NCBI GenBank assembly: GCA_028700115.1 | Contig: JAQVTI010000008.1 | Location: 1 to 32,000, forward strand | Direction of reading: 5' to 3' | DNA: 32,000 nucleotides | Origin: Candidatus Iainarchaeum sp. | Lineage (GTDB): Archaea; Iainarchaeota; Iainarchaeia; Iainarchaeales; CSSED10-239 | In this document: positions 1 to 10,720 of the stretch, one piece after another | Layout: every line of letters starts with the position of its first letter | Position numbering within the stretch: position 1 is the first letter of the stretch | Program-made: the position numbers and the translations under genes | Notes under the pieces: generated by a model | Told to the model about the DNA's origin: nothing | Seen by the model: only the letters and a program-made list of their open reading frames with translations | Databases searched by the model: none

Positions 1-710
1 GTTCTCATAGCTTGAAATCCTCTCCAAGGAATATATATCTTATATGTTCTTCTATCTAAAACAGGCTTTTGAATAACTTCATTATTTTTAAGTCTTTTAA
101 CTGTAACTTTAGGAAGCTTTTCAAAGTTTTCATCAGATAAATTTTCTCCTGTCAAAGTTATATAAAATGAACCAGTACATTCATCTGAATCTATTTCACA
201 ATTTACAACATCTAATTTTTCTCCTGCATCTAAAAACATCTGAGCTACAATTTTATTAAATTCAGATTCATTTTGAACAGTATTTACAAAAACTCTATAA
301 CCTATAGGGGATTTTGTAAATTCTAATTTATTTAAAATAGATTCAGAAAAATAACCAGTTACATTTCTTCCAAAAAATACACTATACCCCATAGAATTTA
401 CAAACTCATCCCAGGGCATATAAATTTCTTTTCTTGTAAGAGTAGTATAATTATCAGAACTAGATTTTACTTCTTCCCATTTTGTTCTAAAACCTAAAAC
501 AAATAAATTAAATGCATCTGCTTTTGATAAATCTGCAATTGTAGAAAGATCTGAATTAGAAGATTTTGATTCTATTAAATTCAAATTAGTTTCTTCAGTT
601 GCAACCATATTAAAAACTAAAACCAGACTCATAGATATAAGCATTAAAGAAACTAAAGCTGTAAAAAGATTAAATCCTTTTTCTGATTTTATAAAAATAT
701 TATATTTCAT
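1..710 (-). CDS. Pilin-like/secreted protein, partial (runs off left edge)
   Basis: Absent from the ORF track because it lacks a stop in the window. Minus-strand ATG at 710 opens MKYNIFIKSEKGFNLFTALVSLMLISMSLVFNMVATEETNLNLIESKSSNSDLSTIADLSKADAFNLFVLGFRTKWEEVKSS..., open to base 1. The short basic N-terminus plus hydrophobic helix resembles a type IV pilin-like/secretory leader. Confidence 0.75.
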   Translation of the reverse strand, partial: MKYNIFIKSEKGFNLFTALVSLMLISMSLVLVFNMVATEETNLNLIESKSSNSDLSTIADLSKADAFNLFVLGFRTKWEEVKSSSDNYTTLTRKEIYMPWDEFVNSMGYSVFFGRNVTGYFSESILNKLEFTKSPIGYRVFVNTVQNESEFNKIVAQMFLDAGEKLDVVNCEIDSDECTGSFYITLTGENLSDENFEKLPKVTVKRLKNNEVIQKPVLDRRTYKIYIPWRGFQAMR

Positions 711-893
711 TTATAAAAAATATAAGAAGAAGAGCTTATAAATATTTTTATATATCAAAAATAAAAAAATAAAAAAAGTTTTTAAAAAAAATATTTTATA
801 AATTAAAAATTAATTTTAAAAAAATTATATTTTCTAAAATTATAATTATCTAAAAATTATTTTATTCTAAAATAATCTTTTTTAAAATAAATA

Positions 894-3800
894 TTAATTT
901 GAATTTAATCCAAAGTTTACAATTGAACAATTATCAAGTCTACTATCAGAAGTTATATTTGTATCAACTGTAGGACTAATAGTTAAAATATATCTACCAT
1001 GTGAATCATCTAAATTATTTTCTTCTAGAACAATTTGGTATAAAATATTTTTAGAAAAATCTACAGGTTCAATAATTGAAATTGAATTATTTAATAATAC
1101 AGCACCATTAGTTCTAACATTTTTAGAACCTACTATATTCCCTATAATCCCACATCCAATACCTCTTAAAAGACCTGCACCCATAGATGTTAATCTTGAT
1201 CCTCTTCTAACTGCATGATTTGTAGTATTATTTACATTTGAAATAAGTCTACTATAATCATTTGCAACATCATCTGCATAAGTATATACTCTTGTAGCTC
1301 CAGTTCCTGTAGGGGTACCTCTTTGAACAATATGTTCTAAATCTGTTAAATCTTTATTTAAATTATTTAATACATCTTTTGACTTTTTAAAATCATCTAA
1401 TGTCTTTTTTTCAACATTACTTAAATGCCTTCTATGTTCTAATTTTTTAATTTCATTTTCAACAGTATCTAAATTATTTTTCAAAATAGTCTTTTCAGTT
1501 GAAATATTATTTAATAAATCATCATATTCTGATTGGGTTAATTGCTTTACAGAAGAATTTATAGAAGACCCAGCTGAACTAGCACCAGCTGAAGCTGTTA
1601 AAATGTTTACTCTATTTTCTAATTTTAAAAATAACCCATTTCTAGAATTAAATATAGATTTATAAACTTCATCTGGACCTTTTAAAGAACCAGTTACATT
1701 AACTCCTCTAAAATTATTATTTCCACCAGTTACAATTCCCACTATTTTTTTAAACTCATCTAAATCTGCAGAAGTATTAATTTTAGTATAATCAAAACTT
1801 ACAGTTAAAGTTCCTGAATTTTTTAAAATTGAAGAATTTCTAATAATATTTAAAATTTCAGCATCACTATATATAGTTGAATTAATATATTTTATTTTAG
1901 AACCATTTGCAAATGAACTTATATACATTTTATTATTATGTAAATTATCAAATGTTGCTCTTAAATATTCATCTAAACTATGTGTGGTTTGTGTACAACG
2001 TATATTTGGAACTACTGGATTTACTGGATTTACTGGATTTGGGACAACAACTGTTGGAAGATCATCTAATAAAGATATGGTTTGAGAACTTGTTCCAATA
2101 GGTCTTGTTCTATTTAATCTAATTCCTGCAAAAACTCCAGAAATTACAGACATACTTTCGTCAAAAAAACCAGAAATATTCTCTGCAACTCTAAAAGAAT
2201 CTCCAACAGGCAAAATATCCATAATAAATTTATCAATTGCAACATCAAGTCCTTCAGAAGTATACCCATTTAATAAAATCCCAATTGAAGGAATTCCACA
2301 AGAAAATATTCCACAATCTATTAAAATATCTTTTAAAAATTTAACTTGCCCCGCAATTGGAATTAATAATAATATACCATCTACTGCAGCAGTACATGCA
2401 GAACAAGAAGCCATACATCCAACAAAATATTTTTCTGCATTATCTGTATATTTTTGTATTCTTGCTTTTTCTTGACTACTTGTAATATCTATATCACAAT
2501 CTAAAGATGCATATTCATAAAACCCAATGGCATCTGGATTATTTATATTATATTTTCTAATAACTTCACAAATATTTTCTGAATCTAGATTTGAATATGA
2601 ATTTTGCCAATCTACTAAAGCATATAATTCTAATAAATTAATCTCTTTATTTTGATTATCATAATTTTCAATTAACTCAGAAGTTTTTTCTAAAACATCT
2701 AAAGGAGTAATTCCACAACTAGATAAATGAATAATTGCTTCTGTTTTTCTTAAAGATAATTCTCCTGTTGCTTTATAAATACTATTTGCAGTAACTATAA
2801 TATCTTTTTCTACAAAAGCATTTATATTAGAATTTAATGGTACAAAACATATTTGTGTTTTAGAATAATTTTTATCAACAATATCTAATATGACATTTTC
2901 TAAAATATTATTATTATTATCTTTAAAATAAACATCTAAATTATTAGGACCTTTTACAGAAAGACTTACTCTTTCATCAATTCCAGAAGTTATTTCTAAA
3001 TCTTGACATCTTTCAAAATTATTTATTGGGATAGTAAATTCATCTTTTTTAAATTTTAATTCTCCAGCTTCTATTAATTCTAAAACTAATAAAGATTTTC
3101 TATCTTCTGTAATACATAATTTTGCAAAATCTTCTTTTGCTAAAATTCTACTAATTATTTTTACAGAATCTGAAACAACTTTTTCAGGAAGCTTATTATT
3201 TGTAAAATTTTCATATTTATTATTTATAATTAAATTAATTTGTTCGCCTTTTATTAAATTTTGAGAATAATCATAAAAACTGATTTTTGCAAGAGCTTCT
3301 TTATTTTCTGTAATTTTATCAATTGATGATTTTAAAATATTGTTTTTTAAATTTGTTTGTGAATTAAAAATAAATCTATTATCTGTATCTTTAAAATAAT
3401 TTAAAGAATCTATAACGCCTTTAGAAATTTCTTCTTCTCCAGTAAAAAGAGTAAGCCATGTTCCATAATTATATTTATTTGTAAGATCTAAATCCCATGG
3501 TATAAAATTTAAAAAATTAGAAATATTTTTAACACATTGATCTGTTTGTTTATATTCTATTAAATTTACATAAAAATAAACTCTATCTGGAAATATATGT
3601 TCATTATTTGCAGCAACAAATCCATCAACTTCAATAGTATATCTTCCACATCCTTTTATTCCATTTGTAAAAAATATTCTATTCCCAGAATTATAAAGTC
3701 CATAAACTTCTTTTGGAGTTGAGGTATATGGATTTACATCAACCATATATTTATTAAATTTATAATTTGTATTTTTTAATTCATTATATAATAAATCATC

Positions 3801-6800
3801 AGAAACATAATCATTTTGCATATAAAAAGTAAACTCAATAGGTTCAAGTGTAGATCCTAAATCAGAAATTGAACAAAACCCTTTAGCAGCATCAATAGTT
3901 GAACAACTTGTATTTGATAAAATATTTTGAGAATGTGCTGAAACTTGTAATATTTCTGAATATAATTCATTTATTTTTTCTAAAATTAATTTAGATACTG
4001 CAGAAGCATCACAATATCCATTTGTTGAACAATTTTTAGAAGATGAAATTATTGGGAATGTAATTAATTCTATTTTATTTGGATCTTGACATACAGAAAT
4101 TTCTATTTCTTTTGTTTGTTCTATATCTTTTAAATTATCTTGATCCTCTGAATAAATATTAATTGATGTAAGAATACTTTCTGAAGAAACATACCCTCCA
4201 GATGTTGTTTGTCCAACAATTGTAACTGGCATTGATGGATTTAATTTAAAATCATTAGCATATAAATCTAATGCAAATTGAGACATTCCATTTAATGGAA
4301 TTGTTTGATAACCTGAAGTAGGATATATACTAATTAAATTATTCCCAAAAGTCTCAAAATAACCAGCCCTACTTTTATCAATTCCAATAATTGTAACAGG
4401 CTCTGCACAATTATTTGTAATGGTTATATTTTTAGATCTTCTTTCTCCAATATTTAAATTATAAGAAAGCTTTTGAGGGGATATTTTTAAACAATTTGGA
4501 GATGAAATTAAAAATACAACTTTAATATAAGATACAATAGGGTCTCTTACTCCTGCAGCAGTTCCTTTTATAACAAAATACATATCATCAAAAGTAGATT
4601 TATTCATACTTACTTGAAATTTTAAATCAATTGGAACCATTTTTCCAGGTTCTAAAATTTCAATTTCTCTAGGATATTCTGTAACTGCCATATTCGATGA
4701 AACCCTTTCAGGATATTTACTAAGTTGTATATTTGATATAGGTATATTCCCTATATTTTTTATCCAAAATCTAACAGTAGTTATTGCTTGTTGTTGGGTT
4801 ATTACTTGTGTCATAGGGACAGTTACTATTTGTGGGGTTACCCATAAAGAATTACTTAAATCTAATAATTCTACATTTAATTTTGTAGGAGATAAAGAAT
4901 AATAATCATTATTCCATAAAATATTATAATTATATGTCTTTTTTTGAGTTCTATCTGAATTATTTTCAATAATTATATTATATAAAATTTCTTCTCCAGA
5001 AAGCACTGTAACATCTGTTAAAACAATATCAAGTTCATTATTAGAATTTGTTTTTTCTAAAATAAGTTCAGGATTAATTGTAACAGCTTTTTCACAGGAG
5101 TTATAAATTGTAAATCCAACTGTATTTTGAGAAGATCCTTTTGTATTTTTAAAAAGGCTTGAATAATATTTATTAAATCCATCTGAATAATAATTTATAT
5201 TATTATTAGTTTGATAAACATCTCCATAATAAGAACTTGTTTGACCTCCTAAAGAAGAATTATAAGAACTTTCATAATTATTATTATAAAAATCTGTATA
5301 ATCTGTAGAAAAATATTCATTTTGAGAATAATCATTATTTATTCCAACATAAGTATTTATTTCTTCTGGTTTAATTACTAAACAATCATCTATAACCAAA
5401 CCTTTTATTATTCTAACAGGTATTAACTTTGCAACTTGCCTATTTCCTATAAGCCCATATATAGGTATTTTTGCAATTGCAGAAGTAAATTGTGAATCTT
5501 TTGAAGCAGTTGCAATAATTTCAAAATTGGTATTTGTATTTTTTAAAATAGTCACTGGTCCTCTAATATCTAAACTTAAAGAATCTGCTTGCTCTATCCA
5601 TATTGGTTCTCCAAAACTTATATCTGTTACAATTGTATCAGATAAATTTTCAATAAAGAAAGACTTTATTTCACTTGATTGAGAATTCCCTAAATTTATC
5701 AAAATTTCCTTAGGGGTATTTAAAACCCCATCATCTGCGATAAGTATTTCTCTAGTATAAGGCTTATAACCATATGCAGAAACTGTAACATTTATTTTAT
5801 TTACTACGAAATCAACCTTTACTTTATAAACCCCTTTTTTTCCATTAAGATTATTTCCTTGAAATGAAGATATTAATTGATTATATTCATCTTCTATTTT
5901 AATAAATGCATTTTCTATAAAATTTCCATTTGTAGAATCAAATACTTCTATTTTTATATCAGAACCATATGAAACAATATAATCTGGGGTAAATAAAACA
6001 TTCATATTTCTTTTTTGGAAAATATCAAAATTTATTCTTTCGTTAATACCTTCTAAAGAATCAGAATAAATTAAAGTATCAATATAAGATATCCCAATAT
6101 TTTTTGCAATAAAAAATACATAAACTTTTTTTCTAATACCTGCATCTAATGATATTGTAGGTTGTGTAATATTATATTGAGAAATTGTTTCAAGATTAAT
6201 ATTTGTTGGATAAGAAAAATTATTTCCAGTTGAAATAAATGAAATTATAGGTTTTGTATTTGATGTAGAAACATCAAAATTAATAGTTGTATTTTTAAAA
6301 CTAAAAAATGTTGCCTCAAGAGCATATATTTCATCTTTTAATGCTATAAAATTATCTTTATCAAAATCAATTCCATCTTCAGAAATAAATTTATAAGATA
6401 CACAAACTTCATCTTTACAATTTAAAGGAATATCAAAAACATCTATTTCTATATTTTTAGATTCAGCATATAAAAATTGTTTAGAAGAATTTGATTTTTT
6501 ATCTAAAAGAACAGAATCAATTGGATCTCTATAATAAGAATTATCTATTTTATCCCAAACTCTATATTCAAAAATTGCTTTTAATTTAGAAGTATTTACA
6601 ACATTTACTTTTATTTTAATTTGCTTTGTTCCAATATCTTGAGATTGTTTCCAATAAAGTTCAACCCATTTATTTATTTGCCCAGCTTTTCCTTCATTTA
6701 AAAAATCAACATCTTGATTTCCAGGTTCTGGTAAATAATTGTATGTTGTAGAATATCTAAAATCTGTAGAATCAGATAAAAATCCAGAAATACCATAACT

Positions 6801-8810
6801 CATATTTTCAGAATCAATTTCAAGATCATCTCCAGCTCTAATATGTACCCCACCTTCTTTTACATTTTTTGGGAAAAAAACATCAAAAATAAGATAATAA
6901 TCTTTTCCTTCTGATAAAAAATTTACAGTTTTTCCAAAAGAATCTTTTATTTCTACAAATTCTATTATTGGATAATTCCCTTCAAGATCATTTTCTGGAT
7001 TTGTAATTGTAATACTTACAAACCCATCTTCATCTAAATTTTCTAAAGAAAAAGGAATTGTTGTAATATTCCCATTTTCATCATAATAATCTGCAAAAAA
7101 TTCAGAATATCCTATATTATTAAAAAATATACGACCTTGATTTAAATCATCATCAAAAAGAACAGTATTATCTTTTGTTCTAATTGTTAAATGACCATCA
7201 TCTATTAAACTACCATCTTTATTTAAAATTTCTAAATCTACTAAAATATCTGCTTTATCTATTACAAATATAATTTTATTTTCTAAATAATCACTTATTG
7301 TAATATATTCAGAAATAGTTAAATCACCTACAAACACTTCAACTGCAAATTGTGAAAAGTTTTCTAAAGGAATAGATAAACTACCAGTTAAATCTACAGA
7401 ATAAATTTCTGAATATGGGAGTATTAATTCATCTTGAATTTTATAAATTCTTATTTTTGCAGAACTTACAGGTAAATTTTTACTATCTACAACAAATATA
7501 TTTAATAAAGAACTATTGTCTATTTTAATTTTTTCTAAAAAAATATCCTCTTGATTTTTTTCTTTTAATGAAATTTTTTTAACAGAACATAAATATGAAT
7601 CTTTACATGCAGAAACAATAATATTTGAATCATTTTCTAAACCTGAAAATATAATTTTTCCAGAAAAATCAGTAATATTTGTATCTATAACATTATTATT
7701 TAAATCATAAATTGTAACTTTTGAATCTTCTAAAGGAATATATTGATCTAAATCTAATATATTTAAAGAAATTGAAGAACCCCCAACTTCTAAAATTATT
7801 GGAATAATTTTTTCTAATTCTAATATTCTATAAGAAGTTTGATTATCACTAAAATTAGTTCTATATCCTTCTTTTGAAACACTAAAATTTATTGTTTCTC
7901 CAGAATTAACTTTTATCAAAGCCTTCCCATCAATTGTTTTTGTAGTATCAATTAAATTTCCTTCAAGATTATATACATCAACAATTGCATCATTAATTAA
8001 ATTCCCAGAAATATCATTTACTATAAAAATAACATCTGACTTCCCAGAAAAAGAAATATCTGAACTAATTACTAAATTTATTTCTTTTGTTTCAGAAGGA
8101 TTTATAAGTTTAAAATTTCTAATTACAAAATCTTCATAATTATCTGCTTTTATTAAAATATCTGATGTTTTATTTAATGGAACATCTAAAATTATATTAT
8201 AATTATCTTTTTCTAAAGAATTAAAATTTTGATTAAAATCTTGACCATTTAATTTATATGAAATTGTTGCAATTGAATTAGGAATTATTTTTTTATTATC
8301 AGAATCATATATTATTAATTTTAAAGAACCATATTCTATAATTTCATCAAAAGATATAATAATTTTATCATTTTTAGAAATTATTGTAAATTCTTTACTA
8401 AAAGATACATATCCTTCTTTTTCTGCTTTTAAGGAATAAACTTTTCCAATTTTTAATTTTTTATTTGTAATCACATCTTTATTATTTATATTCCCAGAAA
8501 AAATATTGTCTTTATCAACAGAATTAATTTTTAAATAAACATCATTTATTTCAAAATTACTATAATCATAAATATTAAATTCCAAAGATACTTTTGGAGA
8601 AAAGATACCAATTAATAAAAAAATTAAAATTAAAATAATTATTAAAAAGATACCTCCAAAAACAGCAACTGGAGGAATTCCCTTATCTTCTAACTTTTCA
8701 TTAATAGAATTTAAATTAATTCCTTTTTTTGTAATCCAATCTGAAAATTTATAATAAATATTTTCAACATAGTTAAATAATTTTGAAAAAAAATTTTGTT
8801 TCTCACTCAT
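894..8810 (-). CDS. Giant (2638 aa) membrane-anchored surface protein with tandem carboxypeptidase-regulatory/Ig-like beta domains
   Basis: Single uninterrupted ORF. One N-terminal TM (VAVFGGIFLIIILILIFLLIGIF). Repeated 'V.I.D..G..I....V.I.......TD..G' units, a second hydrophobic segment (DGILLLIPIAGQVKFLKDILIDCG) and a PVNPVNPVVP linker before the C-terminal region. Confidence 0.8.
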   Translation of the reverse strand: MSEKQNFFSKLFNYVENIYYKFSDWITKKGINLNSINEKLEDKGIPPVAVFGGIFLIIILILIFLLIGIFSPKVSLEFNIYDYSNFEINDVYLKINSVDKDNIFSGNINNKDVITNKKLKIGKVYSLKAEKEGYVSFSKEFTIISKNDKIIISFDEIIEYGSLKLIIYDSDNKKIIPNSIATISYKLNGQDFNQNFNSLEKDNYNIILDVPLNKTSDILIKADNYEDFVIRNFKLINPSETKEINLVISSDISFSGKSDVIFIVNDISGNLINDAIVDVYNLEGNLIDTTKTIDGKALIKVNSGETINFSVSKEGYRTNFSDNQTSYRILELEKIIPIILEVGGSSISLNILDLDQYIPLEDSKVTIYDLNNNVIDTNITDFSGKIIFSGLENDSNIIVSACKDSYLCSVKKISLKEKNQEDIFLEKIKIDNSSLLNIFVVDSKNLPVSSAKIRIYKIQDELILPYSEIYSVDLTGSLSIPLENFSQFAVEVFVGDLTISEYITISDYLENKIIFVIDKADILVDLEILNKDGSLIDDGHLTIRTKDNTVLFDDDLNQGRIFFNNIGYSEFFADYYDENGNITTIPFSLENLDEDGFVSITITNPENDLEGNYPIIEFVEIKDSFGKTVNFLSEGKDYYLIFDVFFPKNVKEGGVHIRAGDDLEIDSENMSYGISGFLSDSTDFRYSTTYNYLPEPGNQDVDFLNEGKAGQINKWVELYWKQSQDIGTKQIKIKVNVVNTSKLKAIFEYRVWDKIDNSYYRDPIDSVLLDKKSNSSKQFLYAESKNIEIDVFDIPLNCKDEVCVSYKFISEDGIDFDKDNFIALKDEIYALEATFFSFKNTTINFDVSTSNTKPIISFISTGNNFSYPTNINLETISQYNITQPTISLDAGIRKKVYVFFIAKNIGISYIDTLIYSDSLEGINERINFDIFQKRNMNVLFTPDYIVSYGSDIKIEVFDSTNGNFIENAFIKIEDEYNQLISSFQGNNLNGKKGVYKVKVDFVVNKINVTVSAYGYKPYTREILIADDGVLNTPKEILINLGNSQSSEIKSFFIENLSDTIVTDISFGEPIWIEQADSLSLDIRGPVTILKNTNTNFEIIATASKDSQFTSAIAKIPIYGLIGNRQVAKLIPVRIIKGLVIDDCLVIKPEEINTYVGINNDYSQNEYFSTDYTDFYNNNYESSYNSSLGGQTSSYYGDVYQTNNNINYYSDGFNKYYSSLFKNTKGSSQNTVGFTIYNSCEKAVTINPELILEKTNSNNELDIVLTDVTVLSGEEILYNIIIENNSDRTQKKTYNYNILWNNDYYSLSPTKLNVELLDLSNSLWVTPQIVTVPMTQVITQQQAITTVRFWIKNIGNIPISNIQLSKYPERVSSNMAVTEYPREIEILEPGKMVPIDLKFQVSMNKSTFDDMYFVIKGTAAGVRDPIVSYIKVVFLISSPNCLKISPQKLSYNLNIGERRSKNITITNNCAEPVTIIGIDKSRAGYFETFGNNLISIYPTSGYQTIPLNGMSQFALDLYANDFKLNPSMPVTIVGQTTSGGYVSSESILTSINIYSEDQDNLKDIEQTKEIEISVCQDPNKIELITFPIISSSKNCSTNGYCDASAVSKLILEKINELYSEILQVSAHSQNILSNTSCSTIDAAKGFCSISDLGSTLEPIEFTFYMQNDYVSDDLLYNELKNTNYKFNKYMVDVNPYTSTPKEVYGLYNSGNRIFFTNGIKGCGRYTIEVDGFVAANNEHIFPDRVYFYVNLIEYKQTDQCVKNISNFLNFIPWDLDLTNKYNYGTWLTLFTGEEEISKGVIDSLNYFKDTDNRFIFNSQTNLKNNILKSSIDKITENKEALAKISFYDYSQNLIKGEQINLIINNKYENFTNNKLPEKVVSDSVKIISRILAKEDFAKLCITEDRKSLLVLELIEAGELKFKKDEFTIPINNFERCQDLEITSGIDERVSLSVKGPNNLDVYFKDNNNNILENVILDIVDKNYSKTQICFVPLNSNINAFVEKDIIVTANSIYKATGELSLRKTEAIIHLSSCGITPLDVLEKTSELIENYDNQNKEINLLELYALVDWQNSYSNLDSENICEVIRKYNINNPDAIGFYEYASLDCDIDITSSQEKARIQKYTDNAEKYFVGCMASCSACTAAVDGILLLIPIAGQVKFLKDILIDCGIFSCGIPSIGILLNGYTSEGLDVAIDKFIMDILPVGDSFRVAENISGFFDESMSVISGVFAGIRLNRTRPIGTSSQTISLLDDLPTVVVPNPVNPVNPVVPNIRCTQTTHSLDEYLRATFDNLHNNKMYISSFANGSKIKYINSTIYSDAEILNIIRNSSILKNSGTLTVSFDYTKINTSADLDEFKKIVGIVTGGNNNFRGVNVTGSLKGPDEVYKSIFNSRNGLFLKLENRVNILTASAGASSAGSSINSSVKQLTQSEYDDLLNNISTEKTILKNNLDTVENEIKKLEHRRHLSNVEKKTLDDFKKSKDVLNNLNKDLTDLEHIVQRGTPTGTGATRVYTYADDVANDYSRLISNVNNTTNHAVRRGSRLTSMGAGLLRGIGCGIIGNIVGSKNVRTNGAVLLNNSISIIEPVDFSKNILYQIVLEENNLDDSHGRYILTISPTVDTNITSDSRLDNCSIVNFGLNSN

Positions 8811-9178
8811 ATTTTTCGTCTCATTTTTTTTAGTTTAAAAATTTTATATTAATTACAATATATATTCTTTATTTATATATAATATATATAAAATATATAA
8901 AGATATCTATAATATATTAATTCTATAAAGTTATTTAAATATATTTTATTTTAAAAAAAAAGAAAAAAAGAAAAATTATTTTTTAAATAACTCTTTTATA
9001 CCTTTATCAAATACAATTACATAAAAAAACACATAGATTAATTAAAAATAAAACTAATTGAAACTATAAATATTTCTATTAAAGATATTAATTTTTGAAT
9101 ACATCTAAAATATACTCTTTTTAAACATTTTGAAATGAAATATAAATACATTATAATAATTAAAAGGAGGAAATGAAT

Positions 9179-9517
9179 ATGATTAAACTTCAAAAAATTG
9201 GAGCTTATGCATTTCTACTTGGTATTTTAATTTCAATAATTTTTGGATTAATTAGTTCTCTTACAAATGCTTCATGGGTTCAAATTGTTCTAATTGTTTT
9301 AGGATTAGTTGTTGGATTATTAAATATTGAAGATAGAAACATAAGTTTATTTTTAATTGCAACAATTGCTTTTATTGCAACTTCAACATCTCTAAACTCT
9401 CTTCCAATAATAGGAAGTATCTTTAGAAATGTTTTAGTTAACATGATACATTTTATAGCACCAGCTGCATTAATTGTTTCAATCGTAGCAATAATTAGAG
9501 TTGCAAACAACAAATAG
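9179..9517 (+). CDS. Small multi-pass membrane protein (hypothetical)
   Basis: ORF with 3 or more hydrophobic helices. AGGAGG at 9165-9170 lies 8 nt before ATG 9179, so the track start at 9173 (2 nt after the SD) is probably wrong. Confidence 0.75.
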   Translation: MIKLQKIGAYAFLLGILISIIFGLISSLTNASWVQIVLIVLGLVVGLLNIEDRNISLFLIATIAFIATSTSLNSLPIIGSIFRNVLVNMIHFIAPAALIVSIVAIIRVANNK

Positions 9518-9535
9518 TTTTTATTTTAAAAAAAA

Positions 9536-9835
9536 CTATTTTTCTTTTTCTTTTTTAAAATTAATATTAATTAATTGATTAACAGAATAAATCTTTGTTG
9601 CATTTTTAATTTTAACAACAGGTATATTAATTTCTCTTAAAAATATAAAAATATGAGATAAAAAAGATCCTTTTTCTACAATAATACCATTTACTTTTGA
9701 TAAATAAGGTAAGATATTTAAATTTAATTCTTCAATAACTAAAACTTTATTATTTAAATTTACTTTATCTAAATCTTCTAAATTATTAAATAAAACACAT
9801 TTTCCAAAAATATTTCCTTTTACTAAAAATTCCAT
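9536..9835 (-). CDS. Stand-alone PEP-utilising enzyme mobile (phosphohistidine swiveling) domain protein
   Basis: VNGIIVEKGSFLSHIFIFLREINIPVVKI matches the '.a.iVte.Gg..SHaaivaRelgiPvvvg' signature. Track start 9844 is TTG; ATG at 9835 is more likely. Confidence 0.7.
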   Translation of the reverse strand: MEFLVKGNIFGKCVLFNNLEDLDKVNLNNKVLVIEELNLNILPYLSKVNGIIVEKGSFLSHIFIFLREINIPVVKIKNATKIYSVNQLININFKKEKEK

Positions 9836-9844
9836 AATTATCAA

Positions 9845-10372
9845 CTACAAATATTTTATTTTTAAAAAATTAAACGTACTATTCACCATACGTTCAATAG
9901 AACCTTTATCAACTTGTTTAAAATCATAATTAGTAAAATCTTTCTTATTATCAATAATTTTAATATTTAAATCTTCTTTTAACCCTAAATTTTTCAAAAT
10001 ATTTATAATAGCATATTTAATTTTATCATTATTTGAATTAAATTTTTTTAATTCATTTATTTTAGGAAGAATACCTAAATATAAATATTCAGAAAATATT
10101 CCAGAATCTAAAAGGTGCCCTGTTATAAAAAATTTTGGAGATTCAATTATTTTTAAACAAATAATAAAAGAATAATCTTCAAATAAATATTCTTTATAAA
10201 AATAATTATTCTTTACAAAAAAATTAGAACATAATCCTCTAAAGATAGGCGATTCAATATTTAAATTAAATTCAGCGAATAATTTAAATTTTTTATAATC
10301 TTGTAAATTCATTTTTTTAAATTTAGATAAATTATATTTTTTATCATAATTTAATTCAAAATTATATTCCAA
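9845..10372 (-). CDS. Hypothetical protein immediately upstream of the swiveling domain; possibly 5'-truncated
   Basis: 175-aa ORF abutting the swiveling-domain ORF. The track start is TTG, and the frame stays open upstream to a TGA at 10451-10453. Confidence 0.45.
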   Translation of the reverse strand: MEYNFELNYDKKYNLSKFKKMNLQDYKKFKLFAEFNLNIESPIFRGLCSNFFVKNNYFYKEYLFEDYSFIICLKIIESPKFFITGHLLDSGIFSEYLYLGILPKINELKKFNSNNDKIKYAIINILKNLGLKEDLNIKIIDNKKDFTNYDFKQVDKGSIERMVNSTFNFLKIKYL

Positions 10373-10720
10373 AGTAGGATCTTTTCTTTTTTTAATTAAA
10401 GTATCTAAAACTAAATTATAAATATTTTTAGGAGTATCTAAAGGTCTATATCATCTCCAGACCAATCATCACAATTAGTACTATAAATTCCAAAAAAACA
10501 TTTATCATTTTTTATTTTTTTATTTATATATAAAACAATCTAAAAATAAAAATAGGCAGAAAAGAAGAAGGAAAAAATCCTTCTAATTTTTTTGTAAAAT
10601 TTTTTAAAAAAGGGGTTTTTTAAAAAATATATTTGTTTAGTGTAAAAAGGCAGAAAAAAGGAAAGCTTAAGGAAAAAAGATATAAAAGTTAAAAGGGGTT
10701 TTTTTAAGGGGTTAAAAAAA

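Noticed and set aside
1907-2101. 64-aa plus-strand ORF
   Set aside because: Antisense to the giant CDS with compositionally biased residues; no start context.
9280-9513. 77-aa minus-strand ORF
   Set aside because: Fully antisense to the 9179-9517 membrane protein, which has a strong SD.
10441-10480. Minus-strand GTGATGATTGGTCTGGAGATGATA resembling C/D box elements
   Set aside because: Spacing between the C-like and D-like boxes is only 5 nt, the D box is CTGG, and there is no terminal stem; coding-like in one frame.
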